A DNA stretch of 64,000 bases from Candidatus Rokubacteria bacterium CSP1-6 (GCA_001443385.1 LDXP01000001.1:5285-69284); one strand, 5' to 3'. Numbered from the stretch's first letter, positions 1 to 9,822 are shown. The notes: generated from the sequence alone by a model not told the origin. Made by a program: numbers and translations.

Positions 1-12
1 TCTTAGGGGGTG

Positions 13-1635
13 CTACTTTCCGAGACCTTCGAGGAACTTCTGGAGGCGCCCGGGGAGCTTCTCGGGATCGGTCCGGAGGATGGTCCCCGGCAGCACGCGG
101 ATCGATGGCGAGGCGGAGGTGCCGGTCATCTTGGCCTTGATCTCGCTCCGGCCGTGCTTCATGGTGACGTCGAAATTCATCCTGCCGTCCGCCAGCCCAT
201 ACTCCCCCACCGCCGCCATCCGCATGCGCTCGCTCGTGTAGAGGAAGTCCTGGGTCGTGAGGCGCCCGTCCGTGATCCGGTAGCTGGCGGTGATGGACTC
301 AAAGTCGAGGGGGGAGGCGAAGAGCGAGAGCGGAAGGTCCACGTTGAGGACGGAGGAGAGACCGCCAGCCAACCTCGCCACGCCTCCCATGAGCGCCAGG
401 GCGGCCGGCCCCACGACCTTGCCGGCGCCGATCTTCAGCTGGCCCTGCCCGTTCATCGTGCCCAGGACGTTCGCCGGGCGCGCCGAGAGCTCCCCCGTCA
501 GATCCAGCGGTCCGCTCACCGCGTACCCCTGGCAGAGGTAGTCCACCAGGACCGGCGCGAGGGGGAGCGCCTTAATCGTGATCTCCTTGAGGGAGAGGAG
601 CGGGGCCGGCTGAAACGCGAGGGTGAGGGCGAGCGTGACGCTTCCCCCCGACAGATGCGCCGCGAGCGGGCGGCTCTGAAGCCGCTGCGGATCGTAATCG
701 AGCGGGAAGCGGACCGTCTCGAGCGTCAGTCGCCGTATCCGGGGCTCCGGGCAATCCGGCCGCCGCTCGGTCAGTGTGAGGCGGGCGGAGTCGAGTTGGC
801 CAGCAAGGGCGAGGCGGCCGACGGTCCCGCTGAGGGCGAGCTTGCCTTTGACGGGGCCCGACAGGGCCGGCGAGGGGCCGAGGAGAAAACCCGTCAGGGC
901 GGCCATGTCCTGGGCCTCGAGCGAGATGGCGCCCTTCACGGGCGCCGCGGTCAGCGTCTCCGCGCCGGCAGGCGGGCTCAGCGTGCCGTCGACCTTGATG
1001 GACACGGCGCCGGGGTTGATCTGGGCCTGGCCCCCGATCCCCACGGGCGCGCCGCTGCCGAGCCCTTCCAGGGTGAGCTTCATTCCCTCCACGCGGTAGT
1101 CGGTGGGCGCGCCCTTGGCGGGCCGCACCTGGTAGTGGAGGGCGCCGTCAACGATCCGAAGCCGCGAGATCACGGGAAGCGGCGCGGCGGCCCCCGCCCC
1201 GGGAGCGCGCCCGGTCCCCTTCGATGCTGCCGGGCCGCCCTCCGAGGCCGCGCCGAGACTCGCCACGTTCCACCGCCCCGAGGCATCCTGGATCAGCTCC
1301 ACGCGCGGCCGCTCCAGCGTGAGCTCGGCAAACTCGACCCGCCGCGACAGAAGCGGGCCGAGGCGCAGCCTGAAGCGCCCCTCTCCCACTTTGAGAAACG
1401 GCGTGTTCCCGAACCGCGGATCCTCGGCGATCTCGAGATTCTTCAGGACCACGGCGGGCAGCGGCAGGACGGAGAGCGACAGGTCCGAAAACCTCACCGT
1501 GCGACCCAGGGCCTGGGCGGCCGACTGCGCGACGTAGGCCTTCAACTGCGGCAGGTCAACGAGGTAGGGAACGAGCAGCAACAGGGCGACGGCCAGGACG
1601 ACCAGCGCCCCAATGGCGATCAGGAGCCACTTCAC
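13..1635 (-). CDS. AsmA family protein (N-terminal TM/signal anchor, large periplasmic AsmA-like domain)
   Basis: Translation from the internal GTG (VKWLLIAIGALVVLAVALLLL...) gives a signal-anchor followed by a Gly/Leu-rich AsmA-like region. The upstream 190 aa of the 732-aa ORF are Arg/Gly/Pro-rich and overlap the acyl-CoA synthetase gene. The GTG start overlaps the upstream gene's stop (GTGA). Confidence 0.6.
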   Translation of the reverse strand: MKWLLIAIGALVVLAVALLLLVPYLVDLPQLKAYVAQSAAQALGRTVRFSDLSLSVLPLPAVVLKNLEIAEDPRFGNTPFLKVGEGRFRLRLGPLLSRRVEFAELTLERPRVELIQDASGRWNVASLGAASEGGPAASKGTGRAPGAGAAAPLPVISRLRIVDGALHYQVRPAKGAPTDYRVEGMKLTLEGLGSGAPVGIGGQAQINPGAVSIKVDGTLSPPAGAETLTAAPVKGAISLEAQDMAALTGFLLGPSPALSGPVKGKLALSGTVGRLALAGQLDSARLTLTERRPDCPEPRIRRLTLETVRFPLDYDPQRLQSRPLAAHLSGGSVTLALTLAFQPAPLLSLKEITIKALPLAPVLVDYLCQGYAVSGPLDLTGELSARPANVLGTMNGQGQLKIGAGKVVGPAALALMGGVARLAGGLSSVLNVDLPLSLFASPLDFESITASYRITDGRLTTQDFLYTSERMRMAAVGEYGLADGRMNFDVTMKHGRSEIKAKMTGTSASPSIRVLPGTILRTDPEKLPGRLQKFLEGLGK

Positions 1636-3128
1636 CGCGGACCCCGGAGATCCTTCTTCAGGATTTTGCCGGTGGGGCTCTTCGGCAGCGCGGGGATGAA
1701 CTCGACGGCCTCCGGAACCTTGTACGAGGCGATCTTCTGCCGGCAGAGCGCCTTCAGGGCGTCGGCGTCCACGCTTTGCCCCTCTTTGAGGACCACGAAG
1801 GCTTTGACCGCCTCCCCCTTCACCGGGTCCGGCATCCCGAGCACGGCCGCTTCCTTCACGGCCGGGTGGCGAAAGAGGATCTCCTCGACCTCGCGCGGAA
1901 AGACCTTGAAGCCCGAGACGTTGATCATGTCCTTGACGCGGTCCGCGATGTAGTAGTAGCCGTCCTTGTCGCGGTAGCCGATGTCTCCCGAGTGGAGCCA
2001 GCCGTCCCTGACGGTCTGGCCGGTTGCCTCCGGATTCCGGAAGTAGCCTTTCATCACGTTCGGCCCTTTGATCAGGATCTCGCCGAGCTCGCCGTCGGGC
2101 AGCTCGCGCCCGTGCTCGTCCACCACCTTCATCTCCACGTTCTCGATGGGCGTCCCCACCGCGCCGGGGCGGAAGAGGGTGTCGTGGTTGTAGGACGCGA
2201 AGGGCGAGCACTCGGTGAGGCCGTACCCCTGGTGGATCCAGTGGCCGTAGCGCTCGTGCCAGCGGCGTTCCACGTCGGCGGGGAGCATGGCCGCGGCCGA
2301 GAAGCAGAGCCGGAGCGACCGGAAGTCGTGGGCGCTGGTGTCCCCCGCCAGGATCAGGATGTACATCGTCGGGACCGCGTAGAGGAGGGTGATGCGCTCC
2401 CGGCCGATCGCCCCCAGAAACTCCTCCGGGACGAAGCGCTCCTGGAGCACGAGGGTGCCGCCCGAGTTGACGAGGGCGTTCATGATGAAGTTCTGGCCGA
2501 AGCAGTGGAAGAGCGGCAGCGCGCAGAGGCCGCGATCCTCGGGGGTCATCCGGAGGTGATGGCTCGTCGCGTAGACGTTGGAGACGACGTTCGAGTGGGT
2601 CAGCATCACGCCCTTGGGACGGCCCGTGGTGGCGGAGGTGTAGAGGATCGCCGCCATCTCCTCCCGGTCGAGGTCCAGCGCCCGCAGCGCGGGGTCGCCT
2701 GTGAGGGCGGCGAACGAAACCGCTCCCTCGCGCGGTGCGCCGACATTGATCAGGTGGCGGACGGATGGCAGGTCGCCCCGGGACGGGAGGTTTCCGGCCA
2801 CGGGATCGGCGGTGACGACGGCGGCGACTTCCCCGTCCCGGCAGATGTAGGCGATCTCGTCCGCCTTGTAGGTGACGTTGAGCGACAGGGGGACCACGCC
2901 GATCTTCTGGGCGGCGTAGTACGTCAGGACGAACTCGGGCCAGTTCGGGACGTGCAGCCCGATGCGCTCCCCCGGCTTGAGGCCGAGCCCCTTCAGACCC
3001 GAGGCCAGCGCCGAGGCGTCCCGGTCCAGCTCCCGGTAGGTCCAGCGCCGGTCCTTGAAGGCGAGCGCCGGGCGATCCGGGAAGTAGAAGGCCGACCGCT
3101 CGAGCATCTGGGCGACGTTCATCGGCAC
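1632..3128 (-). CDS. AMP-dependent synthetase/ligase (long-chain fatty acid--CoA ligase-like)
   Basis: 498 aa containing an AMP-binding motif (LYTSATTGRPKGV), the conserved YGLTE region, and a C-terminal PxxPxSPTGKILKKDLR motif typical of acyl-CoA synthetases. Confidence 0.88.
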   Translation of the reverse strand: MPMNVAQMLERSAFYFPDRPALAFKDRRWTYRELDRDASALASGLKGLGLKPGERIGLHVPNWPEFVLTYYAAQKIGVVPLSLNVTYKADEIAYICRDGEVAAVVTADPVAGNLPSRGDLPSVRHLINVGAPREGAVSFAALTGDPALRALDLDREEMAAILYTSATTGRPKGVMLTHSNVVSNVYATSHHLRMTPEDRGLCALPLFHCFGQNFIMNALVNSGGTLVLQERFVPEEFLGAIGRERITLLYAVPTMYILILAGDTSAHDFRSLRLCFSAAAMLPADVERRWHERYGHWIHQGYGLTECSPFASYNHDTLFRPGAVGTPIENVEMKVVDEHGRELPDGELGEILIKGPNVMKGYFRNPEATGQTVRDGWLHSGDIGYRDKDGYYYIADRVKDMINVSGFKVFPREVEEILFRHPAVKEAAVLGMPDPVKGEAVKAFVVLKEGQSVDADALKALCRQKIASYKVPEAVEFIPALPKSPTGKILKKDLRGPR

Positions 3129-3172
3129 CCCCTCACCCTACCTCTCCCCCCAGGGGGAGAGGAGAAGAGGAA
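3128..3172. repeat. GC-rich palindromic intergenic element, REP-like copy 1 (CCCCTCACCCTACC + CCTCTCCCC..GGGGAGAGGAGAAGAGG)
   Basis: Inverted repeat CCTCTCCCCCC/GGGGGAGAGG preceded by the CCCTCACCCTACC motif. It sits between the acyl-CoA synthetase start and the quinone oxidoreductase stop. The same motifs recur at 4.2, 6.2, 8.8 and 12.35 kb. Confidence 0.55.
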
Positions 3173-3183
3173 TACGGGCATCA

Positions 3184-4152
3184 TCAGGGTATAAGTAAGA
3201 CTTTGCCGGTGGTCTGGCGCCCCTCGAGCTGGCGGTGGGCGTCCGCCGCCTGGGCCAGCGGCAGCGTGAGGTCGATCCTGAGCTTGAGCTTCCCGGCCTT
3301 GATCCATCCCAGCACGTCTCCGGACCGCTGGAGCAGCTCCTGGCGCGTGGCCGTGTGGTGGACGAGGCTCGGGCGCGTGAGGAAGAGAGAGCCTTTCTGG
3401 TTCAGGATGGCCGGATCCAAGGACGGCACGGGCCCGCTCGACTGGCCGTAGAGCGCCATCACCCCGCGCGGGGCCAGGCAGTTCAGGCTCTTGTCGAAGG
3501 TGGTCTTGCCCACCGAGTCGTACACCACCGGGACCCCCGCGCCGCCCGTGATGCGCTTCACCTCCGCCTCGAAGTCCTGCGTGGTGTAGAGGATGACCTC
3601 GTCGGCGCCGGCCGCGCGGGCGAGCTTGGCCTTGGCTTCGGTGGACACCGTGCCGATCACACGGGCGCCGCGCATCTTCGCCATCTGGCAGAGGAGGAGC
3701 CCCACCCCGCCGGCGGCCGCGTGGACCAGGCACCAGTCGCCGGGCTTGAGCGGGTACGTCGCGTGGGAAAGGTAGTGGGCAGTCATCCCCTGGAGCATGG
3801 CCGCCGCCCCCATCTTCCCGTCCAGGCCCTCGGGGAGCTTCACCAGCCGCGCCGCGGGGACGGCGGCGAACTGGGCGTAGGAGCCCAGCACCCCCGAATA
3901 GGCCACCCGGTCGCCCGCCTTCACCTCCGTCACATTGGGGCCCACCTCGGTGACGACGCCCCCGCCTTCCACGCCGAGCGTGATGGGGAGCTGGGCCTTG
4001 TAGAGGCCGGTGCGGTAGTACACATCGATGTAGTTGAGCCCCGCCGCTTCGAGCTTCACCACCGCCTCGCCGGGCGCCGGCTTCGGATCGGGAATATCCT
4101 CCAGGGTGAGCACCTCGGGCCCGCCGAGAGCCTTGACGCGGATCGCTTTCAT
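3184..4152 (-). CDS. NADPH:quinone oxidoreductase (zinc-type alcohol dehydrogenase superfamily)
   Basis: 322 aa. MKAIRV...GPEVL start, GxGxxG NAD(P)-binding motif (AAGGVGLLLCQMAK) and the overall MDR/Qor architecture. Confidence 0.85.
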   Translation of the reverse strand: MKAIRVKALGGPEVLTLEDIPDPKPAPGEAVVKLEAAGLNYIDVYYRTGLYKAQLPITLGVEGGGVVTEVGPNVTEVKAGDRVAYSGVLGSYAQFAAVPAARLVKLPEGLDGKMGAAAMLQGMTAHYLSHATYPLKPGDWCLVHAAAGGVGLLLCQMAKMRGARVIGTVSTEAKAKLARAAGADEVILYTTQDFEAEVKRITGGAGVPVVYDSVGKTTFDKSLNCLAPRGVMALYGQSSGPVPSLDPAILNQKGSLFLTRPSLVHHTATRQELLQRSGDVLGWIKAGKLKLRIDLTLPLAQAADAHRQLEGRQTTGKVLLIP

Positions 4153-4169
4153 GCCGCCTCCTCGTGTTG

Positions 4170-4210
4170 CTTCCCTCTCCCCGGGAGGGAGAGGGTTAGG
4201 GTGAGGGTGC
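4170..4210. repeat. GC-rich palindromic intergenic element, REP-like copy 2 (reverse orientation)
   Basis: CCCTCTCCCC GGGA GGGAGAGGG followed by TTAGGGTGAGGG, the reverse complement of CCCTCACCCTAA. It lies between the Qor start and the upstream membrane-protein stop. Confidence 0.5.
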
Positions 4211-5041
4211 CTTCTGGACCAGTGAGCGGAGGAAATTATACATGGCGAACGCCTCCAGCGCGAATGGGGGGAACCCCAGGTAGCCCAGCACGGGCATCTC
4301 GAAGATCTTCCAGTCTCCTCCGTAGGGGACCGTGTAGGTCCACCGGCTCAGCGCCCAGAAGTTCCAGAACTCCCACAGCGCCCCGCAGATGAGCCCGCTC
4401 CCGGCGAGCGCGGCCAGAGTGCGGTAGTCGCCCGCCTCGAGCTCGCGGAGCCAGGACGGGGCGCCGCGCCGATGGTTGATCGGCTCCAGCAGGAGAAGGT
4501 ACCCGACCCAGACCAGCGGCGCCAGCCAGCGGGACACCACGAGCAGGGGGAGCGCCACCGCGACGGCCCCGAGCCAGATCGACGCGGCGCGTGCCCACGG
4601 GGGGAGCCTAAATGGGCGCCGGCCGGCGAGGGGGGCGAAGACGGACGCGCGCAGACCCTCGGCGGTGAGAAAGAGGGCGGGGAAGATCGTGGCGAAGGCC
4701 CACGTGTAGCCCGCGAGGCGGAGGGGGAAGCTCGGCTCCAGGTTGTGGTACTGCCACCAGAGCCCCTCGAGGTCGGCCCCGCCCCGCCAGAAGCGCGGGG
4801 CGTTGTGGAGCTCGAAGAGCCACCAGCCGCCGACGGAAGCAACGGCAACCCACGCGAGCTCGCCACGGCGAGTCGTCAGGTACGACTGCCCCGTCCGGGC
4901 GTGGACCAGCGCATCGGCGAACAGAATGTAGCCGGTCCAGACGACCGGCGTGAACCACTCGCCGACGGCGCCGCTTCCCGCGAACAGCAGGGCCTCCGCC
5001 GCGCCGATGATGAGGAGCCCGACCCAGCCGTGGGCCGTCAC
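4196..5041 (-). CDS. hypothetical integral membrane protein (Trp-rich, multiple TM helices)
   Basis: 281 aa with several hydrophobic segments and an unusual abundance of Trp (WWLFELHNAPRFWRGG, WEFWNFWALSRW). It sits in the same-strand operon. No family recognised. Confidence 0.5.
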   Translation of the reverse strand: MTAHGWVGLLIIGAAEALLFAGSGAVGEWFTPVVWTGYILFADALVHARTGQSYLTTRRGELAWVAVASVGGWWLFELHNAPRFWRGGADLEGLWWQYHNLEPSFPLRLAGYTWAFATIFPALFLTAEGLRASVFAPLAGRRPFRLPPWARAASIWLGAVAVALPLLVVSRWLAPLVWVGYLLLLEPINHRRGAPSWLRELEAGDYRTLAALAGSGLICGALWEFWNFWALSRWTYTVPYGGDWKIFEMPVLGYLGFPPFALEAFAMYNFLRSLVQKAPSP

Positions 5042-5055
5042 CGGACGCCGCAGGC

Positions 5056-5559
5056 TCAGGCCTTCAGGAGCCCGCGCACCTCATCCACCACGGCCTGCCG
5101 CCATTCCTCCAGATGCTCGGTCCGGAGGGCCCGCCGGACCTCCAGCATCTTCTTCTCGACGACCTCCGTGACCTTGGGCGGCCGCTCGATGAAGCGGGCG
5201 ATTTCGTTCATGTGCTCGTCGAAGAAGGCGAACACCGGGATGGATCGGTAGATCCCCTGGTTCAGGTACTGATCCATGAGGTCCGGGTTCTTGTCGCGCA
5301 GGAAGACGCGCATTTCAACGTTGGGATTGCCTTCCACCAGCTTGGCGAAGACGGGGACGTTGTACAGGGCGTCGCCGCACCAGTCCTCGGTGATCACCAG
5401 CACGTTGAGTTTCTTGCCGAGCTTCTTGAGGGCCTCGCGGTCCTCCGGCCGGATCTTGACCTCGCGCAGGAACTCCATGAACTTTTCCTTGTTGGTCCCC
5501 ATCTGATCCAGGTACTGCTGGAAGGTCATCCCCTGCAGGAACCGCTCTTTCGTCACCAT
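5056..5559 (-). CDS. thioredoxin-fold protein with degenerate single-Cys motif (WCGDA)
   Basis: 167 aa. VLVITEDWCGDALYNVPVF resembles the thioredoxin active-site region, but only one Cys is present. No signal peptide. Confidence 0.5.
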   Translation of the reverse strand: MVTKERFLQGMTFQQYLDQMGTNKEKFMEFLREVKIRPEDREALKKLGKKLNVLVITEDWCGDALYNVPVFAKLVEGNPNVEMRVFLRDKNPDLMDQYLNQGIYRSIPVFAFFDEHMNEIARFIERPPKVTEVVEKKMLEVRRALRTEHLEEWRQAVVDEVRGLLKA

Positions 5560-5569
5560 GGCTCTCTCC

Positions 5570-6148
5570 TTAGCGCATTGCCGAAAGGTCCACCACGAAT
5601 CGGGCCACTTCCTTATCGTCGCTGTCCCGGACCAGGAGGGTCACGCGGCCCTTGCCGTCCAGGTCGTTCGCCGGAAAGGCGTAGACCGAGCGCGAGAGAA
5701 AATGCCCGTCCGCCTGGCGGAGGGCCGTCCGCTCGTTCTGGACGAAGTCCGGCTTGATCTCCGCCTTGCCCTGAACCACCAGCACGGGCTGATACCAGCG
5801 GGCAAAATCCTCGCGCGTCCCTCGGAACTCGGCCCAGAGCACCAGCCGGCCCTGGTGCTCCTTGAGGAGCGAGTCGATCTCCCGCTGCTTGAGGGTCCCG
5901 CTCTTGAAGGCGGCGTTGCGGGCCGCCTGGGCAAGCCGGAAGAAGGGGGTCACGACCTTGAGGGTTTCCCCGGACGCGCTGGTCAGGTTCCACTCGCGGT
6001 CGAACTTCTCGTTCACGATAGCCCGCTGCCCGAAGCGGATCGCCGCCTGGATCTCCTGGGAGGTGAGCGAGAACGACGCGGCGGACAGGGGCGCGCCGCC
6101 GAGGAGCGAGCTCATGAAGATGAGGGAAACCAGCAGTCCGCGCCGCAT
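5570..6148 (-). CDS. hypothetical exported protein
   Basis: 192 aa with an N-terminal signal peptide (MRRGLLVSLIFMSSLLGGAPLSAAS) and ATG at 6148. No recognised domain. Confidence 0.5.
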   Translation of the reverse strand: MRRGLLVSLIFMSSLLGGAPLSAASFSLTSQEIQAAIRFGQRAIVNEKFDREWNLTSASGETLKVVTPFFRLAQAARNAAFKSGTLKQREIDSLLKEHQGRLVLWAEFRGTREDFARWYQPVLVVQGKAEIKPDFVQNERTALRQADGHFLSRSVYAFPANDLDGKGRVTLLVRDSDDKEVARFVVDLSAMR

Positions 6149-6171
6149 GTGGCGCCAATTCTAACACGCCT

Positions 6172-6322
6172 CTCGCTTCTTCTCCTCTCCCCCCTCACCC
6201 TGCCCTACTCAGATGCCCCTCACCTCTTCTCCTCTCCCCCTCACCCTGCCCTCTCCCCCTCGGGGGGGAGAGGATGAAGGTGAGGGGATTATGAGTGGGG
6301 TGAGGGGGCTAGGGGCTCACAT
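6172..6322. repeat. GC-rich palindromic intergenic element cluster, REP-like copies 3a/3b
   Basis: Two tandem units of CTCTTCTCCTCTCCCC-CTCACCCTGCCCT, then the inverted complement GGGGAGAGG..GGTGAGGGG and a further GGGGTGAGGGGG. Located between the exported-protein start and the M16 beta-subunit stop. Confidence 0.55.
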
Positions 6323-7613
6323 TCCCCACGGTGACGGACGAATAGCCGACGGGGTCGAGGTACCGCCTCGCCACCCGCTGGACATCGGCGGCCGTCACCT
6401 TCTCGATCGCCCGGCGATACCGCGCCGGATAGTCCAGGCCGAGACCGTACTCCTCCACGCCCTGGAGCAGCCCCGCCACCTTCGACGTCGTGTCCATCCG
6501 GAGGGGAAAGCTCCCGATCAGGTAGGCCTTCGCCTTGGCCACTTCGGCGTCCGGCACCGGCTCCCTGCCCATCCGCGCCATCTCCTCGCGAACGAGACGG
6601 CTCGCCTCGGCCGCGCCGTCGGTCCGCGTCTGGAGGCTCACGAGCAGCGTCGCGCCGTAGCGCCCCACCGCGAGGTGACTGGAGACGTCGTAGGCCAGCC
6701 CCCGCTCCTCGCGCACGCGGGTATAGAGGCGCGAGGCGGAGCCGCCCCCCAGGATGTAGCTGGCCACGACGAGCGGGTAGTAATCGGGGTGGCCGTGGCC
6801 GATGGCCGGGCGACCGAGGAAGACCGTGGTCTGGGTGAGCTCGCGCTTGACAGTCCGAGTCCGCGTCGGCGACGCGGCGGGGGCCTGGGGCGGTCGGGGC
6901 GGGGCGCCCGCGGTGGGCTGCCATGCCGCCAGGCGGCGCAGGAGCTCTTGCCGGACGTCGTCGGCCTTGACGTCGCCCGCGGCGACCAGGATGGCGCCGC
7001 CGGGGCGATAGTGGGCGCGATAAAACCCCAGAACCTGCTCGCGCGTGAGCTTCTCGACGGACTCGATCGTCCCGGGCACGGGATGCCCATAGGGATGCCC
7101 GGCGTACAGGATCTCCCCCAGGGCGCGGGCCGCGACGCTCTCCGGGCTCTCCTCCGAGCGGCGGATCGCCGCCTGGATTTCCTTCACCTTCCGCGCCAGC
7201 TCGTCGGCGGGGAACGCCGGCTGGGTCAGCACCTCGGCCAGGAGGTCGAGCCCGAGCCCCAGATCTTTCTTGAGGACCGACAGCGACACCGTCACGCCGT
7301 CCCGGCCCGCGGAGGCCTCCAGGCTCCCTCCCACGAACTCGATGGCCTCGTCGAGCGCGGGCCCGCTCCGCCGGGCGGTCCCCCGGGTGAGGAGCTCCGC
7401 GGTGAGGTTGGCGAGCCCCGGCGCGTCGGGAGGATCGAAGGCCGAGCCCGCGGGAAGGTACACGCGGACCACCACGATAGGGATCGCCCGCCGCTCGGCC
7501 ACCAGGAGCACCGCGCCGTTGGGCAGCACCTGGCGCCGGGCGTCCAGCGAATCCGCTGCGAAGGCGGGAAGCGCGACGAGGACCGCCAGGCACGCGAGAG
7601 CCAGCCGTTGCAT
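6309..7613 (-). CDS. M16 family peptidase, non-catalytic (beta-like) subunit
   Basis: Start re-set to the internal ATG (MQRLALACLAVLVALPAFA, a signal peptide) that overlaps the upstream gene's stop as TGATG. M16 fold, but HxxEH is replaced by NLTAEL, so it is predicted inactive. Confidence 0.8.
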   Translation of the reverse strand: MQRLALACLAVLVALPAFAADSLDARRQVLPNGAVLLVAERRAIPIVVVRVYLPAGSAFDPPDAPGLANLTAELLTRGTARRSGPALDEAIEFVGGSLEASAGRDGVTVSLSVLKKDLGLGLDLLAEVLTQPAFPADELARKVKEIQAAIRRSEESPESVAARALGEILYAGHPYGHPVPGTIESVEKLTREQVLGFYRAHYRPGGAILVAAGDVKADDVRQELLRRLAAWQPTAGAPPRPPQAPAASPTRTRTVKRELTQTTVFLGRPAIGHGHPDYYPLVVASYILGGGSASRLYTRVREERGLAYDVSSHLAVGRYGATLLVSLQTRTDGAAEASRLVREEMARMGREPVPDAEVAKAKAYLIGSFPLRMDTTSKVAGLLQGVEEYGLGLDYPARYRRAIEKVTAADVQRVARRYLDPVGYSSVTVGNVSP

Positions 7614-8740
7614 CAGTCGAGCGACTTCCTGAAGCGCAGCACCGACAGCGTGAAGACCACCGCGCCGAAGGCCAGGAGCGGCAGGAGGCTGGGCCACAGA
7701 AAGTCGAGCCCGACCCCCTTGAGAATAATGCCGCGCACGATCCTGAGGTAATAGGTGAGGGGGATCACGTGCGCCAGGTACTGGGCGGCCTCGGGCATCC
7801 CCTCGATGGGAAAGAGGAGGCCGGAGAGGTAGATCGATGGGAGGAAGGTGAGGAAGGACATCTGCATGGCCTGGGGCACGGTCTTGGCCGCGGTGGAAAT
7901 GAAGATCCCGATCCCCAGCGTCCCCATCATGTAGACCAGCGACAGGATGTAGAGGAGCGCGAGGCTGCCCCGGATCGGCACGTCGAAGACGAAGTGCGCC
8001 ACGAGGAGCGCCATCGTCATCTGGCCGTAGGCCACCAGAAGGTTCGGGATGATCTTTCCCAGCATCAGCTCCCAGCGGCGGATGGGGCTGACGATGAGGG
8101 CTTCAAGGGTCCCCTTCTCGCGCTCGCGCACCACCGTCACCGCCATGGCGGTGATCGTCGTCTGCATGAGCAGGGCCCCGATAAGCCCCGGGACGATGAA
8201 GATCGCGCTCACCAGGTCGGGGTTGTACCAGGCGCGCACGCGGAAGTCCACCGGCGGCTGCTCCCGCCGCACGCCCGGGGTGCCCTCGAGGTTCCGGGTC
8301 AGAACCCCGAGAGAAAGCTGGGCGCCGAGGGAGCTGGCGGAGCTGATCGCCGAGGTCGCCACCATCGGGTCGGAGGCGTCCACGATCACCTGGATCTCGG
8401 CCGCCTGGCGGGAGAGGCGCTTGGCGTAGTCGGGGGGGATCACCACGCCGACCTTGGCCCGGCCGGCGTCCACCAGCCGGGTGAGCTCGGCGTGGCTCGT
8501 GACCCAGTAGCGGATGGTGAAGTACTGGCTGTTCTCGAAGGATTCCAGCAGCGTGCGCGCTTCCACGCTTCCGGACTGGTCGAAGACCGCGGTGGGGATG
8601 TGCTTGACGTCGGTGTTGATGGCCCAGCCGAAGATGAAGAGCATGGCGACCGGCACGAACAGCGCCAGCGTCACCGCGAGCGGGTCGCGGCGGAGGTGGA
8701 TGAACTCCTTGCCGATCATGCCCAGCAGCCTGGATCCCAT
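7613..8740 (-). CDS. ABC-2 type transporter permease (YbhS/YbhR-like)
   Basis: 375 aa with an N-terminal TM helix, a large periplasmic loop, and a C-terminal 5-TM ABC-2 core (FLPSIYLSGLLFPIEGMP). Confidence 0.85.
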   Translation of the reverse strand: MGSRLLGMIGKEFIHLRRDPLAVTLALFVPVAMLFIFGWAINTDVKHIPTAVFDQSGSVEARTLLESFENSQYFTIRYWVTSHAELTRLVDAGRAKVGVVIPPDYAKRLSRQAAEIQVIVDASDPMVATSAISSASSLGAQLSLGVLTRNLEGTPGVRREQPPVDFRVRAWYNPDLVSAIFIVPGLIGALLMQTTITAMAVTVVREREKGTLEALIVSPIRRWELMLGKIIPNLLVAYGQMTMALLVAHFVFDVPIRGSLALLYILSLVYMMGTLGIGIFISTAAKTVPQAMQMSFLTFLPSIYLSGLLFPIEGMPEAAQYLAHVIPLTYYLRIVRGIILKGVGLDFLWPSLLPLLAFGAVVFTLSVLRFRKSLD

Positions 8741-8744
8741 TTGC

Positions 8745-8862
8745 TGAAACCCTCCCTGGCCCCCTCACCTTCTCCTCTCCGACCCCCTCACCCTACCTCT
8801 CCCCGCTGGGGAGAGGAGAAGAGGTGAGGGGCATCTGAGTTGGGCAGGGTGAGGGGCCGTTG
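8745..8862. repeat. GC-rich palindromic intergenic element, REP-like copy 4
   Basis: CCCCTCACCTTCTCCTCTCC...CCCCTCACCCTACCTCTCCCC GCTG GGGAGAGGAGAAGAGGTGAGGGG (a near-perfect 23-nt inverted repeat) plus GCAGGGTGAGGGG. It occupies the 123-nt gap between the ABC ATPase and the permease. Confidence 0.6.
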
Positions 8863-9822
8863 CTACACCGCCCGGAGCTGTTCGCGCAGCCGCGCCTTAC
8901 GCTCCTTGTCCACGAAGGAGACGAACAGGTCCTCCACCGACGGCTCCACCTCGTGGGCCCATTCGACGGCGAGGCCGTGGCGCTTCAGGTAGGCGACGAC
9001 CTCCTCCGGGGCGCCCCGTTCGTCGGCGAGGACGAGGTGGAGGCGGAGCCCCACCCGCGTGACGTCCTCGACGGCCGGCCATTCCGCCAGGAGGTCGGTG
9101 GCCCGCCGGAGATCGTCGGTCTCGATCTCGACCACCGGCTTCCGGAACGTCTCGCCCTTGATGGAGGCCGGGGTGCCCTGGGCGATCAGCTGGCCCTGAT
9201 AGATGAAGCCCAGCGTGTCGCACAGCTCCGCCTCGTCCATGTAGTGCGTGGTGACGACGGCGGTGATCCCTTCCTCCACGAGGCGCCGGATCAGCCCCCA
9301 GAAGTTCCGGCGCGACACGGGATCGACGCCGGCGGTGGGCTCGTCGAGGAAGAGCAGGCGCGGCCCGTGGACCAGGGCGCACGCCAGGGCGAGCCGCTGG
9401 CGGTAGCCACCGGAGAGATAGGCGGCGCGCTTCGTCTCCTGGCCGGTCAGGTCGGCCAGCCGGACCATCTGGGCGACCCGGCGGGCGCGATCCTGGCGCG
9501 GCACCATATAGACGCGGGCGTAGAACGTCAGGTTCTCCTCGGCCGTCAGGTCGTCGTAGAGGGAGAACTTCTGGGACATGTAGCCGATCGACGACTTGAC
9601 CCGCTCGGGCTCGCGGATCAGGTCGATGCCCAGCACACTGCCCTGCCCCTCGGTAGGCTCGAGGATCCCGCAGAGCATGCGGAGGGTGGTGGACTTTCCC
9701 GCGCCGTTGGGGCCGAGGAACCCGTAGAGCTCGCCCGTCCGGATGTGGAGGTCGAGATGGTCCACGGCGACGAGCTTGCCGAAGCGCCGCGTCAATCCCT
9801 CAGTCACGACCGCGTAGTCCAT
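8863..9822 (-). CDS. ABC transporter ATP-binding protein (YbhF-like, single NBD)
   Basis: Real start is the internal ATG (MDYAVVTEGLTRRFG). The upstream 229 aa of the ORF are Arg/Gly/Pro junk overlapping the HlyD gene. Walker A GPNGAGKST, signature LSGGYRQRL and Walker B LLFLDEPT are present. TAATG overlap with the HlyD stop. Confidence 0.88.
   Translation of the reverse strand: MDYAVVTEGLTRRFGKLVAVDHLDLHIRTGELYGFLGPNGAGKSTTLRMLCGILEPTEGQGSVLGIDLIREPERVKSSIGYMSQKFSLYDDLTAEENLTFYARVYMVPRQDRARRVAQMVRLADLTGQETKRAAYLSGGYRQRLALACALVHGPRLLFLDEPTAGVDPVSRRNFWGLIRRLVEEGITAVVTTHYMDEAELCDTLGFIYQGQLIAQGTPASIKGETFRKPVVEIETDDLRRATDLLAEWPAVEDVTRVGLRLHLVLADERGAPEEVVAYLKRHGLAVEWAHEVEPSVEDLFVSFVDKERKARLREQLRAV

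Noticed and set aside
10-1953. 647-aa plus-strand ORF
   Set aside because: It is antisense to the AsmA-like and acyl-CoA synthetase genes and is Arg/Gly/Pro/Glu-rich low-complexity sequence with no domain. This is a typical high-GC shadow ORF.
1776-4392. plus-strand ORFs 1776..3194 and 3235..4392
   Set aside because: They are antisense to clearly recognisable minus-strand genes (acyl-CoA synthetase, quinone oxidoreductase) and have RG-rich composition.
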